Positions 52,709 to 60,531 of a DNA stretch of 60,531 bases are shown in pieces (position 1 is the stretch's first letter; the number at the start of each line of letters is the position of its first letter). A model generated the notes under the pieces. It was not told where the DNA came from. It worked only from the letters and a program-made list of their open reading frames with translations, and searched no databases. Source of the stretch: an uncultured Gemmatimonas sp. (GTDB lineage: Bacteria; Gemmatimonadota; Gemmatimonadetes; Gemmatimonadales; Gemmatimonadaceae); contig CAZIDS010000001.1 of the NCBI GenBank assembly GCA_964537945.1, positions 1 through 60,531 on the forward strand. The letters are read 5' to 3'. Both the position numbers and the translations under genes were made by a program.

Positions 52709-55444
52709 ATGCGCCCGCGCCACCTTCTCGCGCTCACGCTGCTCGTCGCCTCGTCGTCGATCAGCGCCGCCGCGCAGCAGCTCCCGACGCTCAAGCCGGC
52801 CGACTACCAGAAGTGGGAGATCCTCGGCGCCACCCGCCTCTCACCCGACGGCCGATGGGCCGCGATCACGCTCAATCGCGTGAGCGACGAGAACGAGCTC
52901 CGCCTCCGCGGTCTTGCGCGCGACACGACGATCGTCACGCCGCTCGCGATCGGCGCCGCCTTCACCGCCGATTCGCGCTGGGTCGGATACCTCGTGCAGC
53001 TCCCGCCGAAGGAGCGCGAGCGGCTCACGAAGGAACGGAAGCCGGTGCGCACTTCCTTCGGCGCGCGCGACCTCACCACCGGCGCGACGATCGAGCTCGC
53101 CGAGGTCTCGGCCTTCTCGTTCAGTGCCGACGGACGGTTCGTCGCGCTCACACGCTATCCCGCGGAAGGGAAGCGCGTGCAGGAGGTCGTCGTGCACGAC
53201 CTGCGCACCGGCGCGCGCTACGCCTTCGCGAACGTCGCCGAGCACGCGTGGGCGGAGGTGAAGGCGCTGCTCGCGTTCGCCGTCACCGTCGAGGGAGGGA
53301 CCGGCAACAGCGTGCAGCTCTTCGACGGCGACCTCGGCGTGGCGCGCGTGCTCGACGCCTCGGCGTCGGTCTATCGCGCCATCGGGTGGCGCGCGCGGTC
53401 GGCCGACGTCGCGGTGCTGCGCTCGATCGCCGACAAGGCGTTCGCGGACACGGCGAACGCGGTGCTCTCGTGGCGCGGCGTGAACGATCCGACGACGCCG
53501 GCGCAGCGCTTCGATCCGTCCGCGACGCCGGCCGGCCTCGTGGCGACGCTGCGCATCGCCGAGGGCCGCCGGCCGGGCTGGTCGCGCGACGGCACGACGC
53601 TCTACGTCGGCCTGCAGGCGCGCCTCGACACGGCCGCCGCGCCGAAGAAGAGCACGGAGAAGGTCTCCGACGTCGAGATCTGGCACCCGAACGATGTGCG
53701 CGTGATCCCGCAGCAGCGCTCGTCTGAGGCGCAGGACCTCCGCGCGACTCGGCTCGCCGCGTGGAAGCCCGGGAGCGCGACCGTGCTGCCGCTCGCGAGC
53801 GATGCGATGGAGCAGCAGGTGCTGCTGCCGGGCGATCGCTGGCTGATCGAGATCGACACCAAGCCGTACGCGTGGGGCACGATGTTCGGTCGCCGCGACC
53901 AGGACGTCTGGATCGTCGACGTGACCGATGGGAGCCGGAAGAAGCTGCTCGAGAAGATCCGCTTCGTCCTCGCACCCGACCCGACCGGCCGCCGCGTGGC
54001 CTGGTTCGACGGGAAGGACTATTGGGCGGTCGAGATCGCGAGCGGCCGGCGGACCAACCTCACCGCGCCGCTCACCGGTGCGCGCCGCGTCGATTTCGTC
54101 GACCGCGATGACGACCATCCGAGCGACGTCCTGTCGCCCATCGGCGGGCCGACCTGGTCGCGCGACGGCGAGCGCTTCCTCGTCTACGACCAGGTGGACC
54201 TCTGGTCGCTCGCGCTCGATGGCTCGGGCGGCACGAAGCTCACCGACGGCGCGGCGGAGGGGCTCGAGCACCGCATCGTGAGCTTCGCGCCCTTCAACGG
54301 CACGGCGGTCGAGCGCTCGGCCGACCTCACGAAGCCGGTGTATCTCTCGCTCTACGGCCGGCGCACCAAGCGCAGCGGCTACGCGCGGCTGGTGAACGGC
54401 CGCATCGAGCGGCTCCTCCTCGCCGACGCGCTGGTCGGCGCGCTCGCGAAGGCCGACAGCACCGACCGCTACGTGTTCACGCGGCAGACCTTCACCGAGT
54501 CGCCGAACGCCTTCGCCGCCGGCGCCGACCTCGCGAACGCGAGCGCGCTCACGAACACGAACCCGTTCCAGAAGGACTATGCGTGGGGCCGGGCCGAGCT
54601 CGTCGACTTCACGAGCACGGTCGGCCGGCGGCTGCAGGCGATCCTCTACTATCCCGCGGACTATGATCCGGCGAGGAAGTACCCGATGATCGTCTACACG
54701 TACGAGCTGCTCTCGCAGGGACTGCACCGCTACATCGTGCCGCGTGAGTACGACTACTACAACGCGAACGCCTTCACGCAGCAGGGCTACTTCGTGCTGA
54801 TGCCCGACATCGTCTTCCGGCCGCGCGAGCCCGGCGTGTCGGTGCTGCACGCGGTGGAGCCGGCGGTCCGCGCGGTGCTCGCGCGCGGCCACGTCGACCC
54901 GGCGCGCGTCGGCCACATGGGCCACTCGCAGGGCGGCTACGAAGCCGCCTTCCTTGCGACGCACAGCACGCTCTTCAGGACGGCCGTGATGGGCGCGGGC
55001 ATCTCCGACATGTACTCCTTCGCCGGGCAGATGCACTGGAGCTCGGTCCCCGAGTTCGACCACTGGGAGACGGGCCAGTTCCGCATGCAGGTGCCGCCCT
55101 GGGAGGACATGGCCGCGATGAGCCGCAACAACCCGCTCGAGCGTGTCCACGTGATGCCCGCGCAGAGCATCCTCATCGAGATCGGCGGCGACGACCCGAC
55201 GGTCGACATGCGGCAGGGCGTCGAGTTCTACAACTACGCGCGCCGCGCCGGGAAGCAGGCGGTGATGCTCCTCTACCCTGGCGAAGGGCACGGCCTCGGC
55301 AAGCGCGAGAACGCGATCGACTACCATCGGCGCATCACCGAGTGGTTCGCGCACTACCTCAAGGGCGAGCCGCCCGCGAAGTGGATCACCGAGGGCCAGA
55401 GCTGGCTCGACCGCAAGCGGATCCTCGACGTGAACAAGGACTAG
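52709..55444 (+). CDS. S9 (prolyl oligopeptidase/dipeptidyl peptidase family) serine peptidase, secreted
   Basis: Signal peptide, SPDGRW-type propeller repeats, KYPMIVYTYE, nucleophile GHSQGG, Asp in GDDPTV, His in EGHG. Confidence 0.93.
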   Translation: MRPRHLLALTLLVASSSISAAAQQLPTLKPADYQKWEILGATRLSPDGRWAAITLNRVSDENELRLRGLARDTTIVTPLAIGAAFTADSRWVGYLVQLPPKERERLTKERKPVRTSFGARDLTTGATIELAEVSAFSFSADGRFVALTRYPAEGKRVQEVVVHDLRTGARYAFANVAEHAWAEVKALLAFAVTVEGGTGNSVQLFDGDLGVARVLDASASVYRAIGWRARSADVAVLRSIADKAFADTANAVLSWRGVNDPTTPAQRFDPSATPAGLVATLRIAEGRRPGWSRDGTTLYVGLQARLDTAAAPKKSTEKVSDVEIWHPNDVRVIPQQRSSEAQDLRATRLAAWKPGSATVLPLASDAMEQQVLLPGDRWLIEIDTKPYAWGTMFGRRDQDVWIVDVTDGSRKKLLEKIRFVLAPDPTGRRVAWFDGKDYWAVEIASGRRTNLTAPLTGARRVDFVDRDDDHPSDVLSPIGGPTWSRDGERFLVYDQVDLWSLALDGSGGTKLTDGAAEGLEHRIVSFAPFNGTAVERSADLTKPVYLSLYGRRTKRSGYARLVNGRIERLLLADALVGALAKADSTDRYVFTRQTFTESPNAFAAGADLANASALTNTNPFQKDYAWGRAELVDFTSTVGRRLQAILYYPADYDPARKYPMIVYTYELLSQGLHRYIVPREYDYYNANAFTQQGYFVLMPDIVFRPREPGVSVLHAVEPAVRAVLARGHVDPARVGHMGHSQGGYEAAFLATHSTLFRTAVMGAGISDMYSFAGQMHWSSVPEFDHWETGQFRMQVPPWEDMAAMSRNNPLERVHVMPAQSILIEIGGDDPTVDMRQGVEFYNYARRAGKQAVMLLYPGEGHGLGKRENAIDYHRRITEWFAHYLKGEPPAKWITEGQSWLDRKRILDVNKD

Positions 55445-55458
55445 CGGCTCCGGACCTC

Positions 55459-56724
55459 TCAGCGCAGGGCGAAGCGCGCCTCGAGCGCATCGCACGCGGC
55501 CTCGACGCCGCGCTCGGCGCGCACCTGCGCCGCGACCCGGCCCGCCGCCTCGCGGTAGGCCGGGTCGCGCACGAGGAGGTCGAGTTCCCTGGCGACCCGG
55601 CGCGCGACATAGCGGTGCGGCGGCAGGATCCGCGCGAGGCCGAGGCGCGCGGCACGGTGCGCATTGTCCGGCTGGTCGTGCGCGAACGGCACCGCGAGCA
55701 TCGGCGCGCCGCTGCGCAAGCCCTGCGCGAGCGTGCCGATCCCGCACTGCTGGACGACCGCGGCCGCGCGCGGCATCAGCAGCGAGTGCGGCGCCCATTC
55801 CACCGCGAGCGCCCCATCAGGCAGCGACGGCCGCAGCGGTTCGACGTTCCCGGGCCCCACGAGGCAGACCGCGCGCACACCCAACGCGCGCACGGCCGCG
55901 AGGCTCTCCGCCCAGAAGGTGCCCGGCGCGAGGATCGCCGACGAGCCGAGCGTGAAGACCACCGGTGGCGGCCCGTCGTCAAGGAAGCGCGCGAGCTCCG
56001 GCGCGAGCGCGGTGCCGTGTGTCGCATCGTGGAACATGTGCCCGGTCACGACGACGTTCGCCGGCCAGTCGGGCTGCGGATCGCCGAGCAGCCGCGAGTA
56101 GAGCGCGAGCACGAGCGAGGGGCTGTGCTGTCCGTCGAACAGCGGATTGCCGGCCCTCGGCAGGCCGAACCGCGCCCGCATCGCGTGGTACGGGCCGGCC
56201 CAGCCGTCGGTGATGCGGCGTGACGCCGCCGCAAGGAAGCGTCCGGGCCACTCGCCGAGCACGTCGAGCGCCTTGAGCCAGGGCGCCGGAGGCAGCACCG
56301 GGATGTCGGTCGCCGAGAAGAACGACATCGGCGCGAGTACGGTGCTCGCCCACGGGATGCCGCGCTGCTCGGCGAGGATGGGGATCGCCATCGTGAGCGG
56401 ATGGCTCACGAAGAGGTCGGTGCGCGCCGCGAGCGGCTCGACGTCCTCGTACATCGCGTCAATTCCCGGGAAGATCAGCTCGCGCAGCAGGAACTCCGTC
56501 CCGCGGTCGCGGTCCATGATCCGGCTCACGAGCGTCGCGTCGTCGGGGCGCGCGTCGGGGCGGATCGCGTGGAAGCCGAGGCCGGCGGCCCGTACGTGCG
56601 GCTCGAAGTAGGGCAGCGTGGCGAGCGTCAGCTCGTGGCCGCGCCGTTGCAGGCCGAGTGCCAGCCCGATGGATGGGTCCACGTCGCCGTGCGAGCCCCA
56701 GCAGCCGATGGTCATCCGCGCCAT
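55459..56724 (-). CDS. GT-B glycosyltransferase (GT1/GT28-N, RhlB/sterol glucosyltransferase-like)
   Basis: GSHGDVDP, L..RGH, PVVFTLGS, WAPHSLLMP...QCGIGT, VPFAHDQPDNA. Confidence 0.92.
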   Translation of the reverse strand: MARMTIGCWGSHGDVDPSIGLALGLQRRGHELTLATLPYFEPHVRAAGLGFHAIRPDARPDDATLVSRIMDRDRGTEFLLRELIFPGIDAMYEDVEPLAARTDLFVSHPLTMAIPILAEQRGIPWASTVLAPMSFFSATDIPVLPPAPWLKALDVLGEWPGRFLAAASRRITDGWAGPYHAMRARFGLPRAGNPLFDGQHSPSLVLALYSRLLGDPQPDWPANVVVTGHMFHDATHGTALAPELARFLDDGPPPVVFTLGSSAILAPGTFWAESLAAVRALGVRAVCLVGPGNVEPLRPSLPDGALAVEWAPHSLLMPRAAAVVQQCGIGTLAQGLRSGAPMLAVPFAHDQPDNAHRAARLGLARILPPHRYVARRVARELDLLVRDPAYREAAGRVAAQVRAERGVEAACDALEARFALR

Positions 56725-56833
56725 GGCCGTGAACGATAGCCTGTGTCGTCCCGCGGCGGCACGGCGCGAAACCGCACACTCGCGACGGGCGTAGAGCCGA
56801 CACTCGAGCGGAGCGCCCCTCCTGTCCCTCCTA

Positions 56834-59116
56834 GTGGCCGTCGCCTGCCTCTGTCAGGTCGCCGCGGCACCGGTGTCGTCCCGTGCGGTCGCCGACAGCG
56901 ACCGCACCGCCGCGCAGCTCGTCGCGCTCGCCCGGGCGAACCGGTACCAGCAGGACTCGACGCTGGCCGAGTACCGCGCGCTCGCGCGTCAGCGCTGGAC
57001 GGGCGAGGTCGGCGTGGCCTCCGCGGCGGGCCTCGGGCCGCTCGGGCGGATGCGCCTCGCCGCGCGCTTCGAGACCGTCGCGCGCATCGGCTGGCACCAC
57101 CGGCTTGGCGCGTGGGCGGAGCTGCTCGCGTCGCGCGCCGTCGCGCCGATCGCCGGCGAGACCGATCCCGACATCGTCGATGACGAGTGGGCCTTCGCGC
57201 TCCCGTTCCATCCGGGCCGCGACCGGCTCTGGCCGATGGACGAGATGGAGGATGCCCTGTCCGACGCGCCCGACGTCTGGATCTCACATCCGCTCGACGC
57301 CGGCTCCGACTCGCTCTATCACTTCTCGCTCGGTGGCCGCCAGGTCATCACGCTGCCGGACGGACAGCGCATCCAGGTGCGCGAGATCGTCACGCGCCCC
57401 GTGCGTCCCGACCACCGGCTCATCGTCGGCTCGCTCTGGGTGGACATCGTCGACGGTGCGCTGGTGCACGCGGTCTACCGCCCCTCGGTGCCGGTGGACC
57501 TCTGGCCGTACATGGAGAAGAACTTCGACGAGTCGGACCGCGAGATCGTCCGGAAGTTCGGTCCCTTCCGCGGCACCGTGGAGGAGATCGTAGTCGAGCA
57601 CGGCCTGTACGCGGGCCGCTTCTGGCTGCCGAAGGCGCGCATCGCGCACGCCGAGGGCACGGCGAAGGGCGGCCGCGTGACGATCTCGATCGAGCAGAGC
57701 TTCACGTACGAGAAGGTGACGCCGCTCGCGGTGGGCGAGGTGCGCGCGCCGCAGCCCGAGCGGCTGCCGGGCGGGCTGCGTGAGGCCGAACGCCGCGACG
57801 AGGACCGCTACTGGCGCGGCTTCGAGCGGCGGCCCGGCTCGACGCAGTGCGAGCGCACCGGCGACACGACGTCGCTCGCGCTCCCCGCCGACTCGATGCT
57901 CGCGCGCGGCGGTTCGCGGCGCAGGACGCAGGAGGGGATCCCGATCCGCGTGATGCTCCCGTGCACCGAGGCCGAGCTCCTCTCGTCCTCCTTGCTGCCT
58001 CCGTCGATCTACTCGCCGAGCGAGGAACTCTTCACCGACCGCGACCTCACGCGGCTGCAGCAGGACACGCGCGCGGCGCTCGAGCTCTCCGACCAGGCGG
58101 CGTGGAGCCCGCGCAAGGCGACCGTGCGCTGGGGCCTCGACGACGGCCTGCTCCGCTATGACCGCATCGAGGCGCTCTCGGCGGGCGTGAAGACCGAGCG
58201 CGAGCTCGGGAAGGGGTACGCGTTCGACGCATCGGCGCGCATCGGAGTCGCCGACCTCGAGCCGAACGCCGAGCTCGCGCTGCAGCGCCGGAGCGGGCGA
58301 GCGGTGCTGCGCGGCGCCGTCTACCGGCGGCTCGACGCCGCGAACGACTGGGGGGCGCCGCTCGGGCTCTCAGCCTCGCTCAACGCGCTCCTCATGGCGC
58401 GTGACGACTGGATGTACTCGCGCGCGCTCGGCGCCGAGCTGCGCGGGACGCACGCGCGCGTCTCGGGCGGCGCCGTGGTCGGCTGGCGGCTCTTCGCCGA
58501 GCAGCAGCGCACGGCCGAGGTCGGCACGTCCTTCTCGCTCGCGCGCGGGCTGATGGGCACCGACTTCGCGCCGAACGTCGTCGCCGACGAAGGAGTCTAC
58601 CTCGGCGGCGCGCTCTCGCTCGCGCGCGCCTGGGGGCTGGACCCGACGGGCACGCAGTTCTCGGCGCGGCTCGCGCTGGAAGGCGCCGGCGGCGAGCTCG
58701 GCTACGGCCGCGCGATGACCGAGATGCGGGTGGCGCGAGGACTCGGCGGCAGCTCGGTGCTGTCGCTCAGCGGCGCCGCGGGCAGTTCCGTCGGCACGCT
58801 GCCGGCGCAGCGGCGCTGGTTCCTGGGCGGCGCGCAGACGATCCATGCGCACCAGGTGGGTGCGCTCGCGGGAGACGCCTTCTGGATGGGGCGCGCGGAG
58901 TATACGCGTGGCTTCCCGCTCGTGCGGCCGGTGGTCTTCGCCGATTGGGGGTGGGCGGGCGATCGCGATGCGCTCGCGCGCATCGCGCCGCGTGACCACC
59001 TCTGGGCCGCCGGCTTCGGCGCCGCGATGTTCGACGGCCTCGTGCGCTTCGACATCGCACGCGCGCTGAACCAGCGGAAGGGGTGGAGCGTGGACCTGTT
59101 CCTCGAGGTGCGCTGA
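56834..59116 (+). CDS. Outer-membrane protein with Omp85/BamA-TamA-like C-terminal barrel
   Basis: RYDRIEALSAG, amphipathic strands, LPAQRRWFLGG, VFADWGWAG, GLVRFDIAR. True start may be CTG 56822. Confidence 0.7.
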   Translation: MAVACLCQVAAAPVSSRAVADSDRTAAQLVALARANRYQQDSTLAEYRALARQRWTGEVGVASAAGLGPLGRMRLAARFETVARIGWHHRLGAWAELLASRAVAPIAGETDPDIVDDEWAFALPFHPGRDRLWPMDEMEDALSDAPDVWISHPLDAGSDSLYHFSLGGRQVITLPDGQRIQVREIVTRPVRPDHRLIVGSLWVDIVDGALVHAVYRPSVPVDLWPYMEKNFDESDREIVRKFGPFRGTVEEIVVEHGLYAGRFWLPKARIAHAEGTAKGGRVTISIEQSFTYEKVTPLAVGEVRAPQPERLPGGLREAERRDEDRYWRGFERRPGSTQCERTGDTTSLALPADSMLARGGSRRRTQEGIPIRVMLPCTEAELLSSSLLPPSIYSPSEELFTDRDLTRLQQDTRAALELSDQAAWSPRKATVRWGLDDGLLRYDRIEALSAGVKTERELGKGYAFDASARIGVADLEPNAELALQRRSGRAVLRGAVYRRLDAANDWGAPLGLSASLNALLMARDDWMYSRALGAELRGTHARVSGGAVVGWRLFAEQQRTAEVGTSFSLARGLMGTDFAPNVVADEGVYLGGALSLARAWGLDPTGTQFSARLALEGAGGELGYGRAMTEMRVARGLGGSSVLSLSGAAGSSVGTLPAQRRWFLGGAQTIHAHQVGALAGDAFWMGRAEYTRGFPLVRPVVFADWGWAGDRDALARIAPRDHLWAAGFGAAMFDGLVRFDIARALNQRKGWSVDLFLEVR

Positions 59117-59119
59117 CGG

Positions 59120-59277
59120 CGAGGACCGAAGAGCGGGAGGAAGGGGGAGAAGACACAGGAGCCAGGGCAGGGGATGAAGCAAGAGGGGGAGGGGCCACCT
59201 GGCCTCTCCCCCTCCGTGATCCAACCCTCTCCCTTCGTCTTCACCCCTTCCACTCGCTCCTCGCTCTTCGATCCTCG
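59120..59277. repeat. Purine-arm/hairpin/pyrimidine-arm palindromic intergenic element, copy 2
   Basis: 16-bp terminal inverted repeat with 15/16 match (CGAGGACCGAAGAGCG at 59120-59135 vs 59262-59277), core stem at 59183-59214. Shares exact 17- and 18-bp blocks with copy 1. Confidence 0.8.
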
Positions 59278-59279
59278 TC

Positions 59280-60531
<1,252 letters not shown>

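Overview
High-GC bacterial DNA with no rRNA, tRNA, CRISPR array, transposase or phage gene that I can see. The gene content (VPS10/BNR propeller, M14, S9 and M20 peptidases, CarboxypepD-like and Ig-fold lipoproteins with Gly-rich linkers) suggests Gemmatimonadota; this is inference. About 34 CDSs are supportable. The window is bracketed by a type I glutamine synthetase (473-1834) and a truncated type III glutamine synthetase (59280-end). Most other long ORFs in the track are antisense or off-frame shadows caused by GC3 bias. Two loci stand out. (1) A 4,959-aa lipoprotein with 33 tandem ~100-aa invasin/Big_1-type Ig repeats (26960-41839). Its leader has three 11-bp tandem boxes and a hairpin that buries the Shine-Dalgarno. 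It is followed by a translationally coupled trio: a Zn-ribbon/pseudokinase/TM/PEGA protein, a TPR-like/FlgD-Ig protein and a small outer-membrane beta-barrel. This is a candidate surface-filament display and sensing system. (2) A two-gene operon of Ddl-like ATP-grasp ligases, the second fused to an intact SET/post-SET methyltransferase (45314-47943). This is a candidate ligation-plus-methylation system. Other observations: an orphan DUF2779 nuclease-like protein, a secreted Arg/Asp/Glu repeat protein, a dispersed purine/pyrimidine palindromic element present twice, sigma28-like and ECF-like promoters, and a recurring leaderless-transcript signature. All family calls come from motif recognition by eye; no database search was run.
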